Shown: in pieces, positions 48,415-56,307 of the stretch
How the letters are laid out: every line of letters begins with the position of its first letter
Position numbering within the stretch: position 1 is the first letter of the stretch
Translations under genes and position numbers: made by a program
NCBI GenBank assembly: GCA_964580435.1
Contig: CAZOKP010000005.1
Location: forward strand, 5,613-69,167
Reading direction: 5' to 3'
DNA from: an uncultured Eubacteriales bacterium
GTDB taxonomy: Bacteria; Acidobacteriota; Aminicenantia; Aminicenantales; UBA8522
Length of the DNA stretch: 63,555 nt
Notes under the pieces: model-generated
The model's database searches: none
What the model was told of the DNA's origin: nothing
What the model saw: only the letters and a program-made list of their open reading frames with translations

Positions 48415-48430
48415 TCACCCCTCCGGGTGA
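48415..48430. promoter_or_regulatory. Perfect palindromic box TCACCC-CTCC-GGGTGA
   Basis: Same 6-4-6 palindrome as in the shared 39-bp element, 45 bp upstream of the promoter-proximal box. Confidence 0.7.
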
Positions 48431-48442
48431 TGTTCCCATCCT

Positions 48443-48503
48443 GAAATTCACCCCAGTTTTCACCCAAAAGGGCGATTGACCGGGCTCAGGGAGCGGCTAA
48501 AAT
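48443..48503 (+). promoter_or_regulatory. Copy 2 of the 39-bp element (48443-48481) plus promoter TTGACC-N16-TAAAAT
   Basis: GAAATTCACCCCAGTTTTCACCCAAAAGGGCGATTGACC; box at 48460-48475 abuts the -35 at 48476-48481; -10 at 48498-48503. Confidence 0.8.
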
Positions 48504-48537
48504 CAAACCGTCTTACTTCTGACAGAGAGGACTATGG

Positions 48538-51500
48538 ATGCCAATTCCTGACGACTATGTTCTGGAAGAGGAAGAACAGTCCTACCAGAGCGAGCCGGCC
48601 GCCCGAGAAAAGACGACGAAGAGGCTCGTCTCGGACCTGGCTCACGTCCAGATAGAAAAGGCCTATTTCGAAAAGCTGTTTGAAGACGCCCAGGAGGGCA
48701 TTATCATCGCAGATAGAGAAGGCCATGTCCTCAAAGTGAACGGGGAATTCAAAAGAATGTTCGGGTTTGAAAACGACGAAATCGTCGGCCAAACCATTGA
48801 TAAACTCATTGCTCCCCGGGATAACCTCAATGCCGCCGTTAACATAACCCAGCGCGTCGCCAGCGGCGAGAAAGTCTCCTTTGAAACGCTCCGCCGCAGG
48901 AAAGACGGCCGGTCCATCCAAGTTTCGGTCATCGCCTCTCCGATCATTGAGGAGGGAAAGTTACAGGCCATTTTTGGCATTTACAGGGATATTTCCGAGC
49001 AGAAAAAAATCCTGCAGGAGCTCAAGAACTCAGAGATGAGATTTCAGGATATTGCCCTCAGCTCGGCCGACTGGATCTGGGAAATCGACAGGAACGGGAG
49101 GTATATTTTCGCTTCCGGCAGAGTCACACAGATCCTCGGGTACGACCGCGAAGAAATCCTCGGCAAGACGCCGTTTGACCTGATGCCCAAAACAGAAGCG
49201 GAGCGAGTCCGACATTTCTTTCAGGAAATCATGGCCGCAAAAAAGCCGGTCGTCGACCTGGAAAACTGGAACCTCACCCGGGATGGGAAATTGGTCTGCT
49301 TGCTGACGAACGCCCTGCCAATACTCGACGAAAAAAGCGGGCTTCTGGGCTACCGCGGCATGGACAAGGACATCACGGAAAGGAAGCGCACAGAAACGCA
49401 AATCTTAAGACAGAACCTTCTTTTGGACGGCATCAACAGGCTCCTGCAAAAAGTCTTTACGAAAGAGACGGATGCTGATTTGGCCGAGTTCTGTCTCCAC
49501 CTGGCTGAAGAACTCACGGGGAGCAAGTACGGATTCATCGGCGAGATCAATGACCAGAATAACCTGGATATTATCTCCATGAGTCACTTTGCCTGGGACG
49601 CCTGCACAATTCCCAAATCCAACGCGCCCCTGCTTCTGAAGAACATGAGAATCCGAGGAATATGGAGTGAGGCCATCAAATATGGCGAGACCCAGCTCAT
49701 CAACGCCCCGGATTCGCACCCGAGCCGGGTCGGATTTCCCAAAGGACATCCCACTCTTCAAACTCTACTCTGCGCGCCTCTGAAACATGCCGGTCATATT
49801 GTCGGCGTCATAGCCCTGGCCAACAAAGAATTCGGTTATGACAGGGATGATGAAAAGGCCGTAGAAGCTCTGGCGACGGCCTTCGTCGAGGCTCTGTACC
49901 GCAAAAGAGCTGAAGCGGCGATCCAGAGAGAGACGGCCAAGCTCTCGGCGATCATCACCGGAATTGACGAGGGGGTTCTTTTTGCAGACCAGGATGACAG
50001 GATCATCGAAATTAATGATTACTTTCTCAGACTCTTGGGGAAGAATAAACCGGAGATCCTGGGCAAGACTCTCTGGGACATCTATGTCGGAAAGCCGGAG
50101 GAAGACCTGAAAAAATATGTCGAGATCTTCAAGAAGGATTCGGGGGCTCCCCCCGTCGAAATTCAGAAAACCTTGGGCGAGAAAGAAGTCATTTTCAGGA
50201 TCAAGCCCATCCGCCGCAATGATCAATACGAAGGTCTTATCCTCAACGTGGCGGATGTTTCCGAACTCGTCCGGGCGCGCATAGAGGCCCTGACCGCCAA
50301 CAGAGTCAAAAGCGAGTTCTTGGCGAATATCAGCCACGAAATCCGCACCCCGATGAACGGGATTTTGGGCATGACCGACCTGGCCCTCGACACCCAGCTG
50401 ACTCCTGAGCAGAAAGAGTACTTGGGGGGGATCAAATCCTCGGCAGAGTCCCTGTTGAGCTTGATCAACGATATCCTTGATTTTTCCAAGATTGAAGCCA
50501 AAAAGCTCGAGCTGGAATCGACCGTCTTCAGCCTGGAAGACCTTCTCTTCGAGACCTTGGCCCCTCTCTCCATCCAGGCCCATCGAAACAAGCTCGACTT
50601 GGCCTGCGAGATCTCTCCGAGTCTGGATCCCGACCTCCTCGGCGACCCCGGCCGGCTCCGTCAGATCCTGGTCAACCTTATCGGCAACGCCATCAAATTC
50701 ACAGAAAAAGGCGCCGTGGTTGTCACGGTCGCTGAATCGACCCGGTCGGAGAAGGACGTCGTCCTCCATTTTACCATCGCCGACACGGGAATCGGCATTC
50801 CTGAGGAGAAGCAGAAGATCATTTTTGATGTCTTCGCCCAGGCCGACAGCTCCATGACCCGAAAATACGGCGGCACGGGCCTCGGTCTGGCGATTTCCTC
50901 CCAGTTGGTCGACCTGCTTGGCGGCAAAATTTGGGTGGAGAGCACGGTAGGAAAAGGCAGCAAGTTCCACTTCACCGCTCGCTTCGGAGTTCTCCAAGAC
51001 TCTGACGAGAGGAGAATAGCGCAGCCAAAACTCACCTTCATGAATCTGCCTCTTTTCTTGGTGGAGGATAACGCGAGCTGCCGGCGCATCCTCAGGGAAT
51101 TGACATCCGGCTGGGGTGCGAAAGTGAAAGAGGCCGAAAGCGCCGACGAAGCGACCGTCCTGCTCGATGAAGCTAAGGAAAAGAAAAAGCCTTTTCCTCT
51201 CATCCTTTTGGATGCCAATCTCCCGGGGCACGACAGTTTCATCATCCTCGATTACATCAAGAACAATCCGGATATCGCCAAGGCCATCATCATGATGATG
51301 GGCACAACGAGCAACCGCATTGACGCCACACCCTGGCTGAAGGTCGGGATTTCTGTTCACCTGAGCAAACCCATTAAGCCGACCGAGCTCAATAATAAGA
51401 TCTCCCAGGTGCTCGGGCTGGCTGCCACGTTCCCCAAGCCTGCGGAGGCGCCTGTTCCCGTAATCGCTGAGCCTGTCGCCCCTCAGGTTGAGCAGCGCCC

Positions 51501-51936
51501 GACCACATATCGCGTTCTTATCGCGGAAGACAATTTGGTCAATCAAAAGGTCGCTATCTACATGCTTGAAAAACAAGGCCATTCCGTAACAGGAGTGATG
51601 AATGGAGAAGAAACTCTGGCTGCGCTGGAGAAGGGGAATTTTGAGCTTATTCTGATGGACCTCCAGATGCCTAAAATGGACGGTTTTAAAGCCACCCAGT
51701 TGATCCGCCAGAAAGAAAAGGAAACAGGTCTTCACCTCCCGATCATTGCCATGACCGCGCACGCCATGAAAGGAGACCGCGAAAGATGCCTGCGCGCGGG
51801 AATGGATGAATATATCTCTAAGCCCCTGAACGTCAAGCAACTCGCTGACACGATCGCCCGGGTTATGAATAATGAGGTCCAGGGCCACGAGGAACCCCCG
51901 GGAACAGCGGAGGTAGCTGGTAAAAGAAGACAATGA
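48538..51936 (+). CDS. Cytoplasmic hybrid sensor histidine kinase (PAS-PAS-GAF-PAS-HisKA-HATPase-REC-REC)
   Basis: H-box FLANISHEIRTPMNG, N/G/F boxes, receiver Asp in LILLD and LILMD; no TM segment. Confidence 0.95.
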   Translation: MPIPDDYVLEEEEQSYQSEPAAREKTTKRLVSDLAHVQIEKAYFEKLFEDAQEGIIIADREGHVLKVNGEFKRMFGFENDEIVGQTIDKLIAPRDNLNAAVNITQRVASGEKVSFETLRRRKDGRSIQVSVIASPIIEEGKLQAIFGIYRDISEQKKILQELKNSEMRFQDIALSSADWIWEIDRNGRYIFASGRVTQILGYDREEILGKTPFDLMPKTEAERVRHFFQEIMAAKKPVVDLENWNLTRDGKLVCLLTNALPILDEKSGLLGYRGMDKDITERKRTETQILRQNLLLDGINRLLQKVFTKETDADLAEFCLHLAEELTGSKYGFIGEINDQNNLDIISMSHFAWDACTIPKSNAPLLLKNMRIRGIWSEAIKYGETQLINAPDSHPSRVGFPKGHPTLQTLLCAPLKHAGHIVGVIALANKEFGYDRDDEKAVEALATAFVEALYRKRAEAAIQRETAKLSAIITGIDEGVLFADQDDRIIEINDYFLRLLGKNKPEILGKTLWDIYVGKPEEDLKKYVEIFKKDSGAPPVEIQKTLGEKEVIFRIKPIRRNDQYEGLILNVADVSELVRARIEALTANRVKSEFLANISHEIRTPMNGILGMTDLALDTQLTPEQKEYLGGIKSSAESLLSLINDILDFSKIEAKKLELESTVFSLEDLLFETLAPLSIQAHRNKLDLACEISPSLDPDLLGDPGRLRQILVNLIGNAIKFTEKGAVVVTVAESTRSEKDVVLHFTIADTGIGIPEEKQKIIFDVFAQADSSMTRKYGGTGLGLAISSQLVDLLGGKIWVESTVGKGSKFHFTARFGVLQDSDERRIAQPKLTFMNLPLFLVEDNASCRRILRELTSGWGAKVKEAESADEATVLLDEAKEKKKPFPLILLDANLPGHDSFIILDYIKNNPDIAKAIIMMMGTTSNRIDATPWLKVGISVHLSKPIKPTELNNKISQVLGLAATFPKPAEAPVPVIAEPVAPQVEQRPTTYRVLIAEDNLVNQKVAIYMLEKQGHSVTGVMNGEETLAALEKGNFELILMDLQMPKMDGFKATQLIRQKEKETGLHLPIIAMTAHAMKGDRERCLRAGMDEYISKPLNVKQLADTIARVMNNEVQGHEEPPGTAEVAGKRRQ

Positions 51937-52865
51937 AGATACTCATCGCTGAAGATGACCCCATCAGCAGCAAGATTTTGGGAAAAAACCTCTCGAACTG
52001 GGGCTACAATGTCAGCCTGGCCAAGACCGGCGAAGAAGCCTGGGGCGCTCTCAAGGATGAAGATTTGCGCCTAGCGATCCTAGACTGGATGATGCCGGGG
52101 ATGGACGGCGTGGACATCTGCAAGAAGATCCGCCGCCGGAAAAGGAAAAAATACACCTATATCATCCTTCTGAGCGCCAAAGACCGAAAACAGGACATCA
52201 TCGCCGGACTTTCCTCCGGCGCGGACGATTACATGACCAAGCCGGTAAATTTTCTCGAGCTGAGGGCGCGCCTGAGAACGGGCGAGCGCATCATCGACCT
52301 CGAAGATAAGCTGATTCTCATCCAGAATCAGCTTAAAGATATCGCCAGCAGGGACAGCTTGACCAAGCTCTGGAACCGGGGCGAAATTATCAAATTTCTG
52401 CGTGAGGAGCTCGAGCGAGGCAGCAGAGATAAAAACGCGGTCGGGGTCATCATGCTGGACCTGGACTATTTCAAAAAGATCAACGACATCTTTGGCCACG
52501 ATATCGGGGATGTCGCTCTCCTTCAGGTTGTCTCACGAATCAAAAGAAAAGTGCGCAAATCAGATAAGGTGGGCCGCTATGGAGGGGACGAAATCGTCGT
52601 CATCCTGCCCAATTGCCCCCAATCGGAATTGTTTGAAATCGGCGAGCGCTTGCGCCTGTCCGTCGCACGTCGAGCCATTAAAACTGACCTGGATACGATC
52701 CCCATAACCATTTCTGCCGGCTGCGCCTGCTCGGATGATGTTCCGCAGCCAACGGCTGAGAAGCTCATCAGGGCTTCTGATGAGGCACTTCTGACAGCCA
52801 AAAGCCAGGGGCGTAACTGCGTCATCGTAAATAACGCATCTCACAAAGGACAGAAAAATGTCTAA
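51933..52865 (+). CDS. Response regulator-diguanylate cyclase (REC-GGDEF, WspR/PleD-like)
   Basis: IAEDD, ILDWMMP, KP; DLDYFKKIND, I-site RKSD, active site GGDEI. Confidence 0.92.
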   Translation: MKILIAEDDPISSKILGKNLSNWGYNVSLAKTGEEAWGALKDEDLRLAILDWMMPGMDGVDICKKIRRRKRKKYTYIILLSAKDRKQDIIAGLSSGADDYMTKPVNFLELRARLRTGERIIDLEDKLILIQNQLKDIASRDSLTKLWNRGEIIKFLREELERGSRDKNAVGVIMLDLDYFKKINDIFGHDIGDVALLQVVSRIKRKVRKSDKVGRYGGDEIVVILPNCPQSELFEIGERLRLSVARRAIKTDLDTIPITISAGCACSDDVPQPTAEKLIRASDEALLTAKSQGRNCVIVNNASHKGQKNV

Positions 52866-53250
52866 CCATCTTGATTCCAGCCAGGATCTGCCCATTGATT
52901 ATTCCGAAGTCCTCGAAAGAATCGGCGGAGACGAACTTTTCCTTGAAGAGCTCCTCAAAATCTACTTTGAAGAATTCAGCGAAAAAATTGCCCTGCTCCG
53001 AGAGGCCATCGAGCAGGGAAATTTCAGCCTGATCCAAGAACTTGGCCACTGTCTTAAGGGCGCCTCTGCCAACCTCAGCCTAGCCTCGCTGAAAAAAGCC
53101 TGCTTTGCTTTGGAAGTATCCGGACGCGAAAAGAACATCGAGCAAGCCCAGAGCGCCTTCCTCTCCCTGGGGACAGAATTCCAGAGACTCAAGAATTACC
53201 TTGAGGCGTCTCCCCTGAAAAATCGGGCCGCCCAGAGATTAGGGAAGTGA
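52858..53250 (+). CDS. Hpt (histidine phosphotransfer) domain protein
   Basis: LGHCLKGASANL. Confidence 0.9.
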   Translation: MSNHLDSSQDLPIDYSEVLERIGGDELFLEELLKIYFEEFSEKIALLREAIEQGNFSLIQELGHCLKGASANLSLASLKKACFALEVSGREKNIEQAQSAFLSLGTEFQRLKNYLEASPLKNRAAQRLGK

Positions 53251-54150
53251 TTTCCTTATGGAGCGGGCCAACGCCTGGAGATATCTAAGGCCCGTTTCTT
53301 CATAACCGTCCTTGATTCTCATCACTCCGAATATAACCTTCCCGGCCCTAGAGATATAGATATCTTGAGCGTAACGGTCTTTGATATGATAGCCAAGGGG
53401 AATTTCGTCAGGAGTCGGGTCGTTTTTCTGGTAAGCCGATAAATATTGCTTCATCATATCCGCCCCATCGGCTTCGCTTTTTCCCTCGATGATAAAAACG
53501 TCGAATTCAAGGTCCCCGTCTTTATAGCTCGCCAGATAGCCGTTATGAAGAAAGCTAAACCCCAAGACATTGCGGAGGATGAATTTCTCGCTATTGACAA
53601 TCAGTCCTTCTTTCGGAAAACGTTCCAGGAGAGGCGGCAGAGCTCCCTTCTCTTTCACCCTTTTGGCGATGTCCTGGGCAAACTGTTTCAAAACACTTTC
53701 CGAACTCTCTCCGCAGTCGTAACAAAGGAGTTTCACATAGTCGCTTCCGACAATAAAATTGAGGCTTCCTTCCTCTAGATATCCCTGATTGCCCACGGGT
53801 ATAAAGAGGCTCTCCGGATACCTCTCGGAGCTATAAATGCCGAAGGAATTCCTATCATTCCCCATATCATAAATTTCAAGCGTGAGGGAGCCCTTGGACA
53901 TTTCGTCCTGATACTGAGCCACGATGAGTTCCTTGAAGTCATAGCTCAAATAGGCCTCAGCCGCTCCATCGATGTATTCAAACAGCGTTGCCGGAAGAAA
54001 CGTCTGCGGTTTTTCTCGAAGCGTCCAACCCGAGACTTGAGGAAGAAGAGGCTGAAGAGGAGAACGACCGGCCTCCTGGCTGAATGCAGCGGGCAGCAAA
54101 AGGAAAAATAAGGCATAAAGCAGAGTTCTGGTCGGTTTTCTTTCGGCCAT
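53239..54150 (-). CDS. Exported hypothetical protein (DUF6599-like)
   Basis: Signal peptide from MAERKP (GGAGG RBS); LFEYIDGAAEAYLSYDF, LEIYDMG, FGIYS. Confidence 0.6.
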   Translation of the reverse strand: MAERKPTRTLLYALFFLLLPAAFSQEAGRSPLQPLLPQVSGWTLREKPQTFLPATLFEYIDGAAEAYLSYDFKELIVAQYQDEMSKGSLTLEIYDMGNDRNSFGIYSSERYPESLFIPVGNQGYLEEGSLNFIVGSDYVKLLCYDCGESSESVLKQFAQDIAKRVKEKGALPPLLERFPKEGLIVNSEKFILRNVLGFSFLHNGYLASYKDGDLEFDVFIIEGKSEADGADMMKQYLSAYQKNDPTPDEIPLGYHIKDRYAQDIYISRAGKVIFGVMRIKDGYEETGLRYLQALARSIRKSLP

Positions 54151-54263
54151 GGTGGACCTCCTTTTCTTCCAAAATCTCGTCTCAACTTTACTACACCGGG
54201 CGGGATTTTTCAAACGACCTCAGTTGACAGGTCCCTCAAAGAAGAGTAATTTTTCTAATCCGG

Positions 54264-55160
54264 ATGAACGAAGCCAAAGTCGCCGTAATTAGAGGAAAAG
54301 GGGTCCTCACTCGAGCGGGTGAATTGAGCCAGCTGAAGGTTGCTGAGATGATCCAGCGCGGTCTCCAAATCCTTACCGGGTTGCCTAATGCCGAGGACGC
54401 TCTCGGCCAGATTTTCGCCAGGAATGACCGCATCGGCATCAAAATCAATACCATCGGAGGCCGCAAGATCTCCACCCGGCCGGAAGTATCTCTGACCCTG
54501 GCCGATCTCCTGGTTAAAAGCGGTCTCCACGAACGGAACATCATCATCTGGGATCGCACCAACAGAGAGCTCAAAGATGCCGGCTATCGCCTGGCCTCAC
54601 CCTCAAACGGCCTGAAGGTTTTCGGCACGGACATGGATGGCGCAGGATATGAGACCGAGCTCGTATCTCATCTCAACATCGGAAGTCTTTTCTCCACAAT
54701 CCAGACCAATTTTGTTACCGCCTCGGTCAGCCTAGCCATTCTCAAAGACCACGGCCTGGCCGGGGTAACAGCGGGAATGAAAAACTATTTTGGCTCCATC
54801 CATAATCCTAATAAATACCATGATTCCCACTGCAACCCTTATGTTGCCGAGCTCTTTGATACAGACCCTATCAAGAGGAAACACAAGCTCTCCGTCCTCG
54901 ACGGACTGATCGTTCAATACCACCGCGGACCTTCCTATCATGCTCAGTGGGCGGAAGCTTGCGGAGTCCTTGTTTTTAGCCGCGACCCTGTTGCTGCTGA
55001 TTCAGTGGGCTGGCAGATGATCGAAAAACTGCGGGCCAAAAAGGGGCTTCCGTCGCTTCAAGAAGACAAAAGAGAACCGGCCTATCTTATGACAGCCGAG
55101 AAGATGGGACTTGGCCGGGCCGGAGTTGATCAAATCCAAATTATCGAGGATGAGGTATAA
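54264..55160 (+). CDS. DUF362 family protein
   Basis: IGIKIN, IIWDRT, LKDHGLAGVTAGMKNYFG, DPVAAD. Confidence 0.85.
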   Translation: MNEAKVAVIRGKGVLTRAGELSQLKVAEMIQRGLQILTGLPNAEDALGQIFARNDRIGIKINTIGGRKISTRPEVSLTLADLLVKSGLHERNIIIWDRTNRELKDAGYRLASPSNGLKVFGTDMDGAGYETELVSHLNIGSLFSTIQTNFVTASVSLAILKDHGLAGVTAGMKNYFGSIHNPNKYHDSHCNPYVAELFDTDPIKRKHKLSVLDGLIVQYHRGPSYHAQWAEACGVLVFSRDPVAADSVGWQMIEKLRAKKGLPSLQEDKREPAYLMTAEKMGLGRAGVDQIQIIEDEV

Positions 55161-55185
55161 TAGGATTATCAGGACAGTGTGGACC

Positions 55186-56307
55186 ATGGAAAGGCGGCAA
55201 TTCTTTAAGACCGTGGCCGGCTCGAGCCTTCTCTTGGGCGCAAACGCGGGAACCTTTCTCTGCGACCTTTTCGCGTTCCAGGACACTGCCAACCTCTCCC
55301 GAGTGGAAGCGCGTTATTACAAGAAACTTCCCGACAGGGAAATCGAATGCCAGCTCTGTCCTCGCAACTGCAAGCTGGGGGATAAAGAACGAGGATACTG
55401 CGGAGTCAGGGAGAACATCGGCGGGACGTACTATACGTTGGTCTATGGCAAAGCCTGCACCGCCAATGTTGACCCTATCGAGAAAAAACCGTTCTTCCAT
55501 TTTCTGCCCGGCAGCAAGGCTTTTTCCATCGCCACAGCCGGCTGCAATCTCAACTGCAAGTTCTGCCAGAACTGGCAGATCTCTCAAGTGAGGGCGGAAC
55601 AGGTCACGCCGTTGGACCTGCCCCCCCAGGATGTCGTCGTCAATGCCCTCAGCTACAAGTGCCCCAGCATTTCCTACACCTACACAGAGCCCATCGTTTA
55701 CTTCGAGTATATGTATGACACGGCCATCCAGGCGCGTACTAAGGGAATAAAGAATTGCGTCGTCACGGCGGGACATATCAACCGAGAGCCCCTCCTGGAC
55801 CTGGTCAAGGTCGTCGACGCCATCAAGATCGACCTGAAGTCTTTCAGCCAAAATTTTTATGCAAATTATGTCCGCGGCGAACTCCAGCCGGTTCTTGAAG
55901 CTATAAGAACCGTACACCAAAGCAAGGTCTGGCTGGAGCTTGTCTATCTGGTCATCCCCACCCTGAATGACGACGTTGAAGGGATCCGCGAGATGAGCCA
56001 ATGGATCAGAAAAGAAATCGGGCCCGACGTCCCGCTCCATTTTTCGCGGTTTCAACCGATGTATCTCGTGCAAAATCTCCCCCCCACTCCCATCTCGACT
56101 TTGGAGAAAGCGCACGATATCGCCCTGGATGAGGGGCTCCATTATGTTTACATCGGCAACGTTCCTGGGCATAAAGCGGAAAGTACCTTCTGCCCCCGTT
56201 GTCAAAACGTGATCATTGAGAGAGTGGGCTTCGAGGTCAATAGAATAGACCTCGACGGCGGAAAGTGCAAATTCTGCCACAACCCTATTCCCGGAATCTG
56301 GGCTTGA
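55186..56307 (+). CDS. AmmeMemoRadiSam-type radical SAM enzyme with twin-arginine leader
   Basis: ERRQFFK leader; CQLCPRNC; DPIEKKPFFHF; CNLNCKFCQNW (CxxxCxxC); YTYTEP; YIGNV. Confidence 0.9.
   Translation: MERRQFFKTVAGSSLLLGANAGTFLCDLFAFQDTANLSRVEARYYKKLPDREIECQLCPRNCKLGDKERGYCGVRENIGGTYYTLVYGKACTANVDPIEKKPFFHFLPGSKAFSIATAGCNLNCKFCQNWQISQVRAEQVTPLDLPPQDVVVNALSYKCPSISYTYTEPIVYFEYMYDTAIQARTKGIKNCVVTAGHINREPLLDLVKVVDAIKIDLKSFSQNFYANYVRGELQPVLEAIRTVHQSKVWLELVYLVIPTLNDDVEGIREMSQWIRKEIGPDVPLHFSRFQPMYLVQNLPPTPISTLEKAHDIALDEGLHYVYIGNVPGHKAESTFCPRCQNVIIERVGFEVNRIDLDGGKCKFCHNPIPGIWA

Noticed and set aside
49765-51933. 722-aa minus-strand ORF
   Set aside because: Antisense shadow of the hybrid kinase; no motifs; expected from codon bias in GC-rich genes
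55141-56280. 379-aa minus-strand ORF (and similar ones at 62043-62984, 59942-60793, 58526-59455)
   Set aside because: All are antisense to well-supported genes
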